A DNA stretch of 64,000 bases from Candidatus Humicultor tengchongensis (GCA_031459715.1 JAVKIA010000004.1:2755-66754), one strand, 5' to 3'. Shown: positions 1-9,076, counted from the first letter of the stretch. Numbers and translations are program-made. The notes: generated by a model not told the origin, from the letters alone.

Positions 1-800
1 CCGGCCTCCTCCCAAGTCAGGGCCAGGAGCGAGCGCACATCGTCGAGGCGGTCTTCCGCCGTGGGGAAGAACGTCGGCCCTGGCAGGCCCGCTGCGCCCG
101 CGGAGTGTCGCGCGATCAGGGTGAGGGTGCGCTGCGGGCCACCGGCGAGCTCCAGGTGCAGCGTCCCCGTCCAGCGGGTGGCGTCGCTGTTTGGCCGCTC
201 GCCAGAGGTGCCCAGCACCTCTGCGCCGAGCGCGATCCGGCCCCCGGGCCAGACGCGTCCCAGGCGAAGACGCGCTCCGGCGCTCCCGAAGCTGCCGCCT
301 CCCACGGAGTAGCCGGACCGCGCGGACGATCGCGTCCGCACCGAGATCACCCCGCCCAGCGCGTTCCCATAGATCGCGGAGTAGGACCCGCGCAGCACCT
401 CTATCCGTTCCACCTCCGCGAGGGAGATGGTGCTCAGGTTGACCCCGAACTGGGCGGTGGCGTTCAGGGGCACGCCGTCGACCAGCACCAGCACCTGCTG
501 TGGGGTGGAGCCGCGGATGGAGGCCTGGGTGAACCCACCGGGGCCACCGCCGGCGGCGCGGGTGGAGACCTCCGCCAGGAAGCGCAGGGCGTCGCCCAAC
601 GTGGCGAACCCCAGCCGGCGCAACTCCTCCCCGTCCAGGACGCTGACGAGGGCGGGCGTCGTGGTCGAGAGCTGGGGACGAAGGCCGGGGACGGTCACCT
701 CCTCCCCCTCGAACGTGGGGACCTGGCCCCGGGCCGGGGCCACCAGGAAAAGCAAAATACCCACGACGGCAATCCCCGTGGGCACAGTACATAGAGCCAT
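1..800 (-). CDS. TonB-dependent outer-membrane receptor, BtuB-like, N-terminal part (runs off the left edge; 3' end outside window)
   Basis: Not in the ORF track because there is no stop in the window. My own translation of the minus strand from the ATG at 800-798 gives a signal peptide (MALCTVPTGIAVVGILLFLVAPARGQV), a TonB-box-like EEVTVPG, and a classic plug domain (…DGVPLN…IERIEVLRGSYSAIYGNALGGVISV…). A Shine-Dalgarno GGAAAGGGGAG lies upstream. It is preceded by a cobalamin riboswitch. Confidence 0.8.
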   Translation of the reverse strand, partial: MALCTVPTGIAVVGILLFLVAPARGQVPTFEGEEVTVPGLRPQLSTTTPALVSVLDGEELRRLGFATLGDALRFLAEVSTRAAGGGPGGFTQASIRGSTPQQVLVLVDGVPLNATAQFGVNLSTISLAEVERIEVLRGSYSAIYGNALGGVISVRTRSSARSGYSVGGGSFGSAGARLRLGRVWPGGRIALGAEVLGTSGERPNSDATRWTGTLHLELAGGPQRTLTLIARHSAGAAGLPGPTFFPTAEDRLDDVRSLLALTWEEA

Positions 801-820
801 CGGACCCACTCCCCTTTCCG

Positions 821-1000
821 CGAAGGTGTGAGGGCCACGGCGGCAGGCAGGTCTTCTGGCTCCGGTTCATCGCGCGGCCGGCCTTCCCGGGCGGCAGGGT
901 GATCGCCCTCGCCCAGTGGCCCCCTGGCCACACTCCCCGTTACAGCGGCGGGACCGCGCCGGATTCCCTGCGACCTCCGCAAGGCCTGCAGGTCACCGGC
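821..1000 (-). ncRNA. Cobalamin (B12) riboswitch in the 5' leader of the TonB-dependent receptor
   Basis: The minus-strand sequence contains GGGAAUCCGGCGCGGUCCCGCCGCUGUAACGGGG, then GGCCACUGGG, CCCGGGAAGGCCGG and GAAGACCUGCC. These match, in the same order, the conserved blocks of the E. coli btuB leader as I recall them (AGGGAAUCCAGUGCG…GCGGUAAGG, GCCAUUC…GGGAAGUC, GAAGACCUGCCGGCC). The element ends about 20 nt before the SD/ATG of the receptor gene. Boundaries are approximate. Confidence 0.75.
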
Positions 1001-1158
1001 TTCCCTCTTCCGACGGAGCGGCGCTCCGTCAACCTGCGCCGTTCACTGGGGTATTCCCGGCCGGGTGGCCGATTCCTCCCGGGGAGTTATCTCAGCGTGG
1101 ATGTGGCGCATCACCGTGCCCGTTGACGACTTGCCCGTAGGGAACCGCCTCGCCTGGG

Positions 1159-2088
1159 TCAGATGCGCGGGCGGAAAGAGACGCGCAGGGGGCCGACGGT
1201 GTATACGTCCTGCGTCACCACCACGTCCACACGAACTGGGCGGCGGGCCTGGGTGATGGCGCTCACCACGCGGCGCAGGGCGTCCAGCTCCGTCTCCACC
1301 AGCGGGGGGTCGGTGATGCGGGCGAACGGCGGCGAGAGGACCTCGCGGCGGGCGGCGGGGGCAGACTGGTCGAGCAGTTCCAGCAACTGTCGCCCCACCT
1401 CGTCACGGGAGCGCCGACCGTCGACCTGACCCGACCCCAGCACCCGGCCCCGCGGGAAGACCAGCCGGTTGTCCACCAGTTGAACCGAGACCTCCAGGGG
1501 CTCGCCCACCAGGGTGTTCTCGTTGGCCACGATGCGCACCACGGTCTCCCCTGGGTGCTGCTTGACCAGCTCCGCCACCTGGTCCCAGGTCAGGGCGGGA
1601 GGAAAGAGGCGCAGCACCGACCCCGTCGTCCCGTCGACGCCGATGCCGCTGGCCAGCGCCTGGTCCACCGCGCGCAGGCGCAGCGTGTCCACCTCTACCG
1701 CCACCTGTACCAGGGGGAGGCGGGCGTCGATGATCCCCCGCAGCACCTCCTGGTTGCGCAGGTAAGCTATGTCTCCCTGCTTCAACTGCTTCAGCCGACT
1801 CTCCGCCCCCCGGATTTCCCCCTGCAGGCTGTCGAGCTGGGCCTGGAGGCTGCGGAACTGGAAGAGCGCCTGGCGGGCGTCCTGCGAGACCAGCAGCACC
1901 GCGGCCACGGTGAGGACGGTGATGAGCATGCCGGTGGCCACAGTGATGATCTGGGCGGTGTGGCGGGGGCGCAATCCGAGGAGGGTGAGCCGGCGCCGCC
2001 CGATGGCCCGGCCGACCAGGTTTCCCACGAAGGCGATCCCCCCGCTAACCAGGATGAGCAGGGGAACCAGGATGATGCCGAACTCCAT
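1159..2088 (-). CDS. DUF3084-like membrane protein (N-terminal TM helices plus coiled-coil); last gene of the long minus-strand operon
   Basis: 309-aa ORF with N-terminal hydrophobic segments (MEFGIILVPLLILVSGGIAFVGNL…, ITVATGMLITVLTVAAVLLV) followed by a coiled-coil stretch (LQAQLDSLQGEIRGAESRLKQLKQ). Its start overlaps the stop of the upstream GT2 gene at 2088. Confidence 0.5.
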   Translation of the reverse strand: MEFGIILVPLLILVSGGIAFVGNLVGRAIGRRRLTLLGLRPRHTAQIITVATGMLITVLTVAAVLLVSQDARQALFQFRSLQAQLDSLQGEIRGAESRLKQLKQGDIAYLRNQEVLRGIIDARLPLVQVAVEVDTLRLRAVDQALASGIGVDGTTGSVLRLFPPALTWDQVAELVKQHPGETVVRIVANENTLVGEPLEVSVQLVDNRLVFPRGRVLGSGQVDGRRSRDEVGRQLLELLDQSAPAARREVLSPPFARITDPPLVETELDALRRVVSAITQARRPVRVDVVVTQDVYTVGPLRVSFRPRI

Positions 2089-2777
2089 CAGCGGGAGACC
2101 AGCAGGCGGCCGAGCAGCCGCAGGTAGGCGATGACCTCTCGCGGTGAGAGTTTGCTGCGCCCGGTGGCGCGGTCGGTGAAGGTGTAGCCCACCTCCACCA
2201 CGGTCAGCCCGGGGTTGCGCGCCAGGATCTCCAGCAGGATCTTGAACCCCAGGCCCCAGTAGTCGCCGGCGAGCACCTCACGGCGTGCGGCGAAGTAGCC
2301 CGAGAGCGGGTCGCGCACAGCCAGGCGCAGGAGGAGGCGTGCTCCGGCCGTCGCCACCATGCTGGCCAGGCGCCGCCAGGCGGGCCACCGCTGGATCCTC
2401 CCGCCCGGCACGTAGCGCGAGGCCACCGCCAGATCCGCGCCTCTCTGCACCGCCGCCACCAGGGCCGGCAGGACCTCCGGAGGGTGGGAGCCGTCGCAGT
2501 CCATCACCGCGACCACCGGCGCGGAGGCGACCGCCGCTCCCGCCAGCACCGCCGAGGCCAGCCCCGCCTTCCCCGGCCGGCGGATCACACGTATGGGCAC
2601 GGGACCATCCGCGGCCAGGGCCGCGGCCACCTCCGCCGTCCCGTCGGGGGAGGCGTCGTCCACGACGATCACCTCCAGGTCCATCACCGGGACCAGCGGA
2701 CGCAGGGCGGCCACCAGCCGGGGCAGGGCCTCTCGCTCGTTGTAGGTGGGCAGGATCAGGGCGGTCCGGGCCGTCAT
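2088..2777 (-). CDS. GT2 polyprenol-phosphate glycosyltransferase (Dpm1/Ppm1/ArnC-like)
   Basis: The true start is the ATG at 2777 (MTARTALILPTYNEREALPRLV…); the 292-aa track ORF carries an N-terminal extension. It has a DxD-type motif (VIVVDDASPDGT), a CDGSHPP motif and …SRYVPGG…, typical of dolichol-phosphate mannose synthase and ArnC. ATGA overlap with the upstream GT39 stop (2774-2777). Confidence 0.8.
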   Translation of the reverse strand: MTARTALILPTYNEREALPRLVAALRPLVPVMDLEVIVVDDASPDGTAEVAAALAADGPVPIRVIRRPGKAGLASAVLAGAAVASAPVVAVMDCDGSHPPEVLPALVAAVQRGADLAVASRYVPGGRIQRWPAWRRLASMVATAGARLLLRLAVRDPLSGYFAARREVLAGDYWGLGFKILLEILARNPGLTVVEVGYTFTDRATGRSKLSPREVIAYLRLLGRLLVSR

Positions 2778-4420
2778 GGCGAGGCGCACGGAAGGGGCTG
2801 CGCCGTCCGCAGCACAAGCAGCTCGCCCCTCGATGCCATCGGTACCAGCTCCCCGGCAAAGGCCCGCCGCGCCCAGCGGTCGTAGTCGCCGCGCTCGAGT
2901 ACCAGGAAGGCGCGTCCCGGGCCGCACAGTGCCCGCCGGGCTTCCGCCTCGCGAGGCGCGACCCACCGGACCGGGTGCCCGCTGTAGAAGACCAGGGAGG
3001 CCCGATCGCTCAGGCCGGCAGCGACGATGCGGTCACCCGGCTGGATCCGGGCCCCCAGTACCAGGGCCAGCGGCTTCATCGGCTTGAGGGTCTCCGCCGC
3101 AGGGAGGACGACGAAGACCAGGACCCCCAGGGTGACCGCCATGGTGGTAACCAGGGCGGCCAGAGCAGGCGCGTGCCTCCGCCAGGCCATCAACCCCGCT
3201 GCCACCGCCACGCCCCCGACCACCGGGAGGGCCAGCAGGCGGAGCTGCAGCCGCAAGGAGGCGTAATGCGCCGGTGATTGCCGCGCGCCCAGCACTGCCA
3301 CAGCCACGACCAGAAACCCGGCAACGGACAGCAGCACCGCGCCGCTCCAGCGCAGGAGGCCATCGGCCCGGGGGTCGCCCTCCCACAGCGCAGCAGCACA
3401 CAGGCGGGCGACGGCGACGGCGGCCACCGGCAGGAGAGGGAGGATGTAGTTAGGCAGCTTCGTACCCGCGGCGGAGTAGAACAGGAGCACAGTCCCCATC
3501 CACAGCAGCAGGAGGAGGCTGCTGTCCTTCTGGCGGGCCCTCCGCCAGTGGTAGACGCAGGCTGAGGGCAGCAGCGCGCTCCAGGGAAAGGCGCCGGCGG
3601 CCAGCACGGGCAGGTAGTAGTACCAAGGCCCGGGCTGGTTCTCCACGACGCCGAAGAAGCGGGTGAACAGGTAATAGCCCACCGCCGTGCGCAGGAACGC
3701 CCGGCCGTGGAGGGCGGTCTCGATGCCGTACCAGGAGAGGCCGATCAGGCCGTAGAGGAGCAGGCCCTCCCAGGGAAGCTCCCGCAGGCGCTCCCGAAGC
3801 CTTCCCCGCACCAGCCACCAGATCCCCAGCGCCATCCCCGGCAGCAGCAGGGCGATCGGACCTTTGGTCAGCGTCCCCAGGCCAGCCCAGACGAACAACC
3901 AGCGGTAGGCGCTCCTCCGATCCGGCCCGCTCCTGGCCTGCTCCGCCGCCACCGCCATCGAGAGTGCCAGAAGCATGAAGACCACAAGCGGGACGTCGAA
4001 GACGGCCATGCGGGACAGCAGGAAGTACTCCAGCATGGTCATCAGGATCAGCCCGGCCAGCAGCCCCGTGCGCAGGTCATAAAACCGGCGGGCAAGCAGC
4101 ACGGTAACGAGCACGCCGGAGGCCCCAAAGAGCGCCGACCAGATCCGCGCGGTGAACTCCGTGAAACCAAACAGAGCACCGGTGGCGGCAACCAGCCACA
4201 TATACAGAGGCGGGTGGACGAACCAGGGTGCGCCGTTGCTGTACAGGGTGAAGGGATCTCCCCGCTGGACGATGGCGCGGGCCACCTCGGTGTATTTCGC
4301 CTCGTCCTGGTCCCACAGGCTCCCCTGCCCCAGGGCAACAGTGAAGAAGGCCAGGGCGGCCGCCGCCAGCAGCAGGGGAGCAGCCCGCTCCGGCAGCCGG
4401 ACGGTCAGCGCACCCGCCAC
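2774..4420 (-). CDS. ArnT/PMT-family (GT39/GT83) polytopic membrane glycosyltransferase using a polyprenol-phosphate-sugar donor
   Basis: The C-terminal ~550 aa of the 780-aa track ORF show multiple TM helices and PMT_2/ArnT-like motifs (…DEAKYTEVARAIVQRGD…, YYYLPVLAAGAFPWS, KLPNYILPL). The N-terminal Pro/Arg/Gly-rich 230 aa is an artefactual extension. My proposed start is the GTG at 4420 (VAGALTVRLPERAAPLLLAAA…), 16 nt inside the LptFG 3' end; the start is uncertain. Confidence 0.7.
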   Translation of the reverse strand: MAGALTVRLPERAAPLLLAAAALAFFTVALGQGSLWDQDEAKYTEVARAIVQRGDPFTLYSNGAPWFVHPPLYMWLVAATGALFGFTEFTARIWSALFGASGVLVTVLLARRFYDLRTGLLAGLILMTMLEYFLLSRMAVFDVPLVVFMLLALSMAVAAEQARSGPDRRSAYRWLFVWAGLGTLTKGPIALLLPGMALGIWWLVRGRLRERLRELPWEGLLLYGLIGLSWYGIETALHGRAFLRTAVGYYLFTRFFGVVENQPGPWYYYLPVLAAGAFPWSALLPSACVYHWRRARQKDSSLLLLLWMGTVLLFYSAAGTKLPNYILPLLPVAAVAVARLCAAALWEGDPRADGLLRWSGAVLLSVAGFLVVAVAVLGARQSPAHYASLRLQLRLLALPVVGGVAVAAGLMAWRRHAPALAALVTTMAVTLGVLVFVVLPAAETLKPMKPLALVLGARIQPGDRIVAAGLSDRASLVFYSGHPVRWVAPREAEARRALCGPGRAFLVLERGDYDRWARRAFAGELVPMASRGELLVLRTAQPLPCASP

Positions 4421-5475
4421 AGGAGGGCACCCCCCAGCGAGGCCAGCAATAGGTTGGGCGTCCACGCGGCCAGCAGGGGCGGCAGGCGACCGGTCTGGCC
4501 CAGGGCAAGTGTGGCGTTGGTCAGCAGGTAGTAAATCAGGATGATCAGCACGGTCAGGCCCAGGCCGATGGAGGGCCCGCCGCGGTGCGGACGCAGCCCC
4601 AGGGGGATGGCCAGGAGGGCAAAGGGCAGGCTGCTGCTGGGCAGCGCCATCCGGGCGTGCATCCACACCAGGTACTCGACGACGACCTCCCCCGTACGCC
4701 GCAGGACGGCGATATAGGCGCGCAGCTCCCGGATGGTCATCTGCGAGGGGTCTTTGTGCTGGGCCAGGATCTCCCGCGGCGTGCGCCGGATCTGGGCCTC
4801 CAGGCGGTGGAAGCTCATCTCCACCGGTGGGCTCGCCGAAAGCAGGTGGACGGTCCCCTCCTCGAACTCCCACCGGCCGCCGCTGTAGCGGGCCCGCCTG
4901 GCCTCGATGACCCGGACCAGGCGCTCCGCCTCGAACTGGTTGACCACCAGCCCTTCCAGGACCTCGCCGCCCCCGGCCATGCGGCGGGCGTAGTAGACGG
5001 AGACGCGGGAGCCTTCCACCTCGCGGAAGAGGACGTAGCCGCGTGGAGACGGGGGCTGCCTGGTGGCGCGGCTTATCTCCTGGGCGAAGCGATCCTCCGC
5101 CAGGGGTACCGTCCACTCGCCAAGCACCGCTCCCCCTACCGCCACCAGCGCCGCCACCACCAGGACCGGCAGGCTCATCCTTCCCAGGCTGATCCCTCCT
5201 GTGCGCATGGCCACCACCTCGTTGTGCTCTGAGAGGCGGCCCGCGGTCATCAGCACCGCCAGCAGCAGGGCCATGGGCAGGGAGGCCACGGCCAGGTTGG
5301 GCAGCCGCAGCAGGAGCAGCCGCAGGACGGTGGGGAGGGCGATGTGCTGGCTGACGGCGATCCGCACCAGCCCGAAGATGTCGTTCACCGCCAGCAGGAC
5401 GGTGAACAGGCCCACCCCAAAGAGGAAGAGGCCCAGCACCTGCTTCAGGATGTACCGATCCAGGATGGAGATCAC
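4405..5475 (-). CDS. lptF: LPS export ABC permease, LptF/LptG (YjgP/YjgQ) family
   Basis: 356 aa beginning MISILDRYILKQVLGLFLFGVGLFTVL…, with a periplasmic beta-jellyroll insert followed by C-terminal TM helices, typical of LptF/G. 4-nt overlap with upstream lptB. Confidence 0.8.
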   Translation of the reverse strand: MISILDRYILKQVLGLFLFGVGLFTVLLAVNDIFGLVRIAVSQHIALPTVLRLLLLRLPNLAVASLPMALLLAVLMTAGRLSEHNEVVAMRTGGISLGRMSLPVLVVAALVAVGGAVLGEWTVPLAEDRFAQEISRATRQPPSPRGYVLFREVEGSRVSVYYARRMAGGGEVLEGLVVNQFEAERLVRVIEARRARYSGGRWEFEEGTVHLLSASPPVEMSFHRLEAQIRRTPREILAQHKDPSQMTIRELRAYIAVLRRTGEVVVEYLVWMHARMALPSSSLPFALLAIPLGLRPHRGGPSIGLGLTVLIILIYYLLTNATLALGQTGRLPPLLAAWTPNLLLASLGGALLWRVR

Positions 5476-6188
5476 AGCTGGAAGGTCTCTCCCAGGTAGA
5501 AGCGCCGTGCCTCCTCGCTCTCCATGATCTCCCGCGCTGTACCCGCCAGGAGGACGGAGCCCTGGTGGATGATCATGGAGCGGTCGGTGATGGCCAGGGT
5601 CTCCCGCACGTTGTGGTCGGTGACCACCACACCCAGGCCGCGGGCCCGCAGACCGCGCACCACCTCCTGGAGCTCCGACACGGACTTGGGGTCGATTCCG
5701 GTAAACGGCTCGTCCAGCAGGATGTAGGACGGCTCCATGGCCATGACCCGGGCGATCTCCACGCGCCGCCGCTCCCCTCCGGAAAGGGAGACTCCCACCT
5801 GGCGGCGCAGGTGGGTGAGGCCGAACTCCACCAGCAGCCGCTCCACCGTCTCCCGCCGCGCGGCGCGCGGCCGCCCGGCGGCCTCCAGGACGATGAGGAT
5901 GTTCTCCTCCACGGTGAGCCCGCGGAAGATCGAGGGCTCCTGGGCCAGGTAGCCGATGCCCAGGCGCGCCCGCCTGTGCACGGGCAGGTGAGTCAGCTCC
6001 AGACCGTCCAGCCAGACCTCCCCGGCATTGGGCCGTACCAGGCCTACCATCATGTAAAAGGTCGTGGTCTTCCCGGCGCCGTTGGGCCCCAGCAGGCCGA
6101 TGATCTCACCCCGCTCCACCTCCAGCGTCACGCCGTTGACCACGGTGCGCGCCCCGTACCGTTTGACCAGGTTGCGTGTCCGCAGCAC
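5472..6188 (-). CDS. lptB: LPS export ABC transporter ATP-binding protein LptB
   Basis: 238 aa with Walker A GPNGAGKTT, signature LSGGERRRVEIARV, Walker B ILLDEPF and an LptB-like C-terminus. Confidence 0.85.
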   Translation of the reverse strand: MLRTRNLVKRYGARTVVNGVTLEVERGEIIGLLGPNGAGKTTTFYMMVGLVRPNAGEVWLDGLELTHLPVHRRARLGIGYLAQEPSIFRGLTVEENILIVLEAAGRPRAARRETVERLLVEFGLTHLRRQVGVSLSGGERRRVEIARVMAMEPSYILLDEPFTGIDPKSVSELQEVVRGLRARGLGVVVTDHNVRETLAITDRSMIIHQGSVLLAGTAREIMESEEARRFYLGETFQL

Positions 6189-6207
6189 GGCCGACCACTC
6201 CCCGGGG

Positions 6208-7149
6208 TTACTGCCCCGGCCCGCCCAGAGTCAGACGGGGACCGCCGGTTGCGGTCACCCGCCGCGCCCGCAGCTCCACTCTCACCACCTCGGCGGTCAG
6301 GGTATGGGAGCCGCGGCGCACCACCACCCCGCCGCTCAGGGTGACCACTCCGGCACGCCCGTCCGCTACCGCCAGCGGCGCGCGCGCCAGCAGCTCCCCG
6401 GCGGTGAGGCGGACGTCGTCCACAGCCGTCGCCCGCTCCTCCGCAAGGCGGGCCTCTACCCTACCCGCCTGCAGGCGCCCCTCCGGAAGGGTGAGGTCCG
6501 CGTCCCCGGCGGCGGTCCCCACCTCCGCCGCCGCGTCAAACTCCAGCCGCCGCCCTGCCAGCCGCATTTGCCCGAAGGTGAGGAGGGGACTGCCCTCGGC
6601 CATCACCCGCCTCCTGGCCAGGTCCACCTCGATCCGCCCCGCCGTCAGACGCACCAGGTCGGCGCCGCGCTGCGCGGTCACCTCCACGCCCTCCTCAGCC
6701 ACGACAAGGTTGCTCCGCAGCCAGGCTGCGGTACGGGACGCCCGCAGGACCAGCGTCTCCTGCCGCAGGACCACGCCGCCGGACGCTTCCACCAAACCCC
6801 GCCGCTCATCGTAGCGAACCTCCGGGGCCTCCAGCCTGGCCGGGCCCCAGGCCACTACCACCGGGAAGCCTCGCAGGAGCCAGGTGCCGGCAGCACGGTC
6901 GTACTCGGCGTACGAGGCGCCGGTGACCTCTACGGGCGGTCCTCCCTGGGCCGCGGCGGGCTGGCCTGCGGCAAACGGCGCCCTCGCCGCAGCAGAGGGG
7001 CTGGCGGCACAGGTCAGGGTGGCCGCGAGCACCAGGGTGGCGGCCAGGGCCAGGGTGCCAGTGAGGGTCAGGGCCGCACCCGGGAGTGGAGCAGCGGCCA
7101 CAGCGGTGCGCGACGAGACTGCGGGGGCGGGGAAAGGGCGACCGCGCAC
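6208..7149 (-). CDS. LptA/OstA-like periplasmic LPS-transport protein (start uncertain)
   Basis: The C-terminal ~250 aa of the 435-aa track ORF has a signal-like segment (AVAAAPLPGAALTLTGTLALAATLVLAATLTCAAS) followed by an OstA-fold-like beta-rich region (…LRGFPVVVAWGPARLEAPEVRYDERRGLVEASGGVVL…, …VRLTAGELLARAP…). A candidate GTG start at 7149 abuts the LptC-like stop. Confidence 0.55.
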   Translation of the reverse strand: MRGRPFPAPAVSSRTAVAAAPLPGAALTLTGTLALAATLVLAATLTCAASPSAAARAPFAAGQPAAAQGGPPVEVTGASYAEYDRAAGTWLLRGFPVVVAWGPARLEAPEVRYDERRGLVEASGGVVLRQETLVLRASRTAAWLRSNLVVAEEGVEVTAQRGADLVRLTAGRIEVDLARRRVMAEGSPLLTFGQMRLAGRRLEFDAAAEVGTAAGDADLTLPEGRLQAGRVEARLAEERATAVDDVRLTAGELLARAPLAVADGRAGVVTLSGGVVVRRGSHTLTAEVVRVELRARRVTATGGPRLTLGGPGQ

Positions 7150-7151
7150 AG

Positions 7152-7766
7152 CTACTCCCGCACAGTCACGCGGATGTTCCCGCTCAGCCTGGCCCTGCGT
7201 AGCTCGATGTCGCTCTCCAGGCGGTCGGCGCGGACGGTAATCCGGTCCTGCACCAGCACCACGCCGCCGGTCGCCACTAGGAGGCGGCGAGCGGGCAACC
7301 ACTGCACGCGCCCCGCCGCCAGAGACCGTCCCTGGGCACGGGCGCGTACCTCGCCCCACAGCGTCAGTACCTGCGCCCCAATAGAGAAGACGGCGCTGGC
7401 CGCGGCAACCGTCAGCACCGCCCTGCCCCGCTCGTAAAATGTTCCGTCCACGCCCTCCAGCCGCACCTCCTGTCGGGCGGCATCCGTCTCCAGAGTCCTG
7501 GCCCGCAGCTCCCACCGGATAGTGCCCGCCGCATCACCTCCGGTGAGGCGGCCGCCCACAACGGAGACCTCCGGCGGGGCAGTTTCAGAGGTGGGCGCGG
7601 GCGCACCGCGTACCGAGCCAGGCGCAGGCGTGGAAACAGGCGCAGGTGGGGAGGCGCCGGACGACGGGCCGGGATCGCCGGCGGACCCTCCGCGGCCCAG
7701 CCAGGTCAGGCCGGCCAGCCCCAGCACGGCGACCACCGCTGCGGCCGTCCACCACCTCACGCGCAT
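7152..7766 (-). CDS. LptC-like membrane-anchored OstA-fold protein
   Basis: The ATG at 7766 gives MRVRWWTAAAVVAVLGLAGLTWLG (a TM anchor), a Pro/Ser-rich linker, then a beta-rich domain ending …DRITVRADRLESDIELRRARLSGNIRVTVRE, which is LptC/LptA-like. It sits between lpxB and lptA/lptB. Confidence 0.55.
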   Translation of the reverse strand: MRVRWWTAAAVVAVLGLAGLTWLGRGGSAGDPGPSSGASPPAPVSTPAPGSVRGAPAPTSETAPPEVSVVGGRLTGGDAAGTIRWELRARTLETDAARQEVRLEGVDGTFYERGRAVLTVAAASAVFSIGAQVLTLWGEVRARAQGRSLAAGRVQWLPARRLLVATGGVVLVQDRITVRADRLESDIELRRARLSGNIRVTVRE

Positions 7767-7824
7767 CTGTGCCGGGGCTCCGTCTCCCCGCCTGAGCCGG
7801 CTCGTCGCCCTCTCCCCGCAGTCG

Positions 7825-9012
7825 TCAGATCGTCTGTATGGTACTCGAGCCCTCTCTGCCCAGCAAGCGCGCCAGGCGGAGGACCTCTGCTGCGGCGCGC
7901 TCCGCAGCGCCACCGTCCGCCAGCCCCAGGCGAAGCGCCCGCAGCTCCTCCTGCTGGCGGGTGCGCCGCGGCGTATCCGCCAGCCAGTCCGCTAGCGTCG
8001 CGGCCAGACGTCGGGGCGTCAGAGCGTCCTGCAGCAGCTCCGGCATCACCTCCCGTCCGGCCAGGAGGGAAGGCAGGCCGGCCCACTGCACAGCTGCGAT
8101 CCGCCTGGCTATCCAGTAGTCCAGGCGGGAGGTCTTGTAGATGACGACGCCGGGGATGCCCAGGCAGAGCGCTTCCAGCGTGGCGGTCCCTGAGGCGATC
8201 ACAGCGAAGTCGGAGGAGGCCAGGGCGTCGTATCCCGCCTGCGTCCCGCCCTCCACGACGGTGACTTGAAGACCCGCAGGCCGCAGCGCGGCTTCTACCT
8301 GCGTCCTGTAGTGGGGCGCGGCCAGCAGGAGGACAGCACGCAGCGCAGGGAGGCGCGCCCGAACGGAGGCCAGGGCGCCGGCGATGACGGGGAGGTGGCG
8401 GCGCAGCTCCTGGCGGCGGCTTCCTGGCAGAAGCGCCAGCAGCGGCGCCTGCAGGGGAATCCCCAGGCGACTGCGGACTACCTCGGGCGGTGCAGACGGC
8501 CGGACGCGGTCAACGGCGGGATGGCCGACGTAGCGGACGTCGGCGCCCGCCGCGCGGTACGCCTGGGCCTCGAAGGGAAAGGCCGCCAGCAGGCGCAGGC
8601 CCAGCTTGGCCACCCCACAGGCCCGCCGCCCTCGCCGTGTGGAGACCATGGGTGGCAGGAAGTAGGCGACGGGCACCCTGCCCTGAAGGCGACGGGCCAG
8701 GGCCAGGTTGAAACCGGGGAAGTCGATCAGGACCACCGCCCGGGGAGCGGCGGCGGCGATCGCCCGATGCACCCGGGAGAGCCGGGCCAGAAAGGCCGGC
8801 AGGCGAGGGAGCACCTCCAGCCACCCCACCACGCCCCACCCGGAGCTGTCCAGCAGCAGGCGCGCGCCCGCCGCAGCCATCCTCGGCCCTCCCACCGCTG
8901 GCAGATCCACATCGGGACGGAAGCGGCGCAGAGCGGCGACCAGGTCAGCCCCGTAGATGTCTCCCGAGACCTCTCCCGCCACCAGGAAGATACGGGGCCC
9001 CACTGCGGCCAT
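7825..9012 (-). CDS. lpxB: Lipid-A-disaccharide synthase LpxB
   Basis: From the ATG at 9012: MAAVGPRIFLVAGEVSGDIYGADLVAAL…, with GT19 motifs (…FLPPMVSTRRGRRA…, …GTATLEALCLGIPGVV…). Confidence 0.85.
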   Translation of the reverse strand: MAAVGPRIFLVAGEVSGDIYGADLVAALRRFRPDVDLPAVGGPRMAAAGARLLLDSSGWGVVGWLEVLPRLPAFLARLSRVHRAIAAAAPRAVVLIDFPGFNLALARRLQGRVPVAYFLPPMVSTRRGRRACGVAKLGLRLLAAFPFEAQAYRAAGADVRYVGHPAVDRVRPSAPPEVVRSRLGIPLQAPLLALLPGSRRQELRRHLPVIAGALASVRARLPALRAVLLLAAPHYRTQVEAALRPAGLQVTVVEGGTQAGYDALASSDFAVIASGTATLEALCLGIPGVVIYKTSRLDYWIARRIAAVQWAGLPSLLAGREVMPELLQDALTPRRLAATLADWLADTPRRTRQQEELRALRLGLADGGAAERAAAEVLRLARLLGREGSSTIQTI

Positions 9013-9076
9013 GGACTGCCCTGGGACAGTGTGACCGCTCACCTCTGCCTGGGGCCCAGGGGGAACGAGGGCCCGC

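Noticed and set aside
2285-3277. 330-aa plus-strand ORF, together with several other Pro/Arg/Gly-rich ORFs across 2.2-5.2 kb
   Set aside because: They are antisense to the GT2 and ArnT-like genes. Their composition (P/R/G/A-rich, no hydrophobic core) is typical of out-of-frame translation of 70%-GC coding DNA.
2774-5116. 780-aa version of the ArnT-like ORF, together with similar long N-terminal extensions on lpxI (397 aa), fabZ, lpxC, glmU (737 aa), CBS (571 aa), the Fe3+ ATPase (526 aa) and others
   Set aside because: The extensions are Pro/Gly/Arg-rich, overlap the upstream gene's coding region in another frame, and end exactly at the plausible GTG/ATG starts that create 4-nt overlaps.
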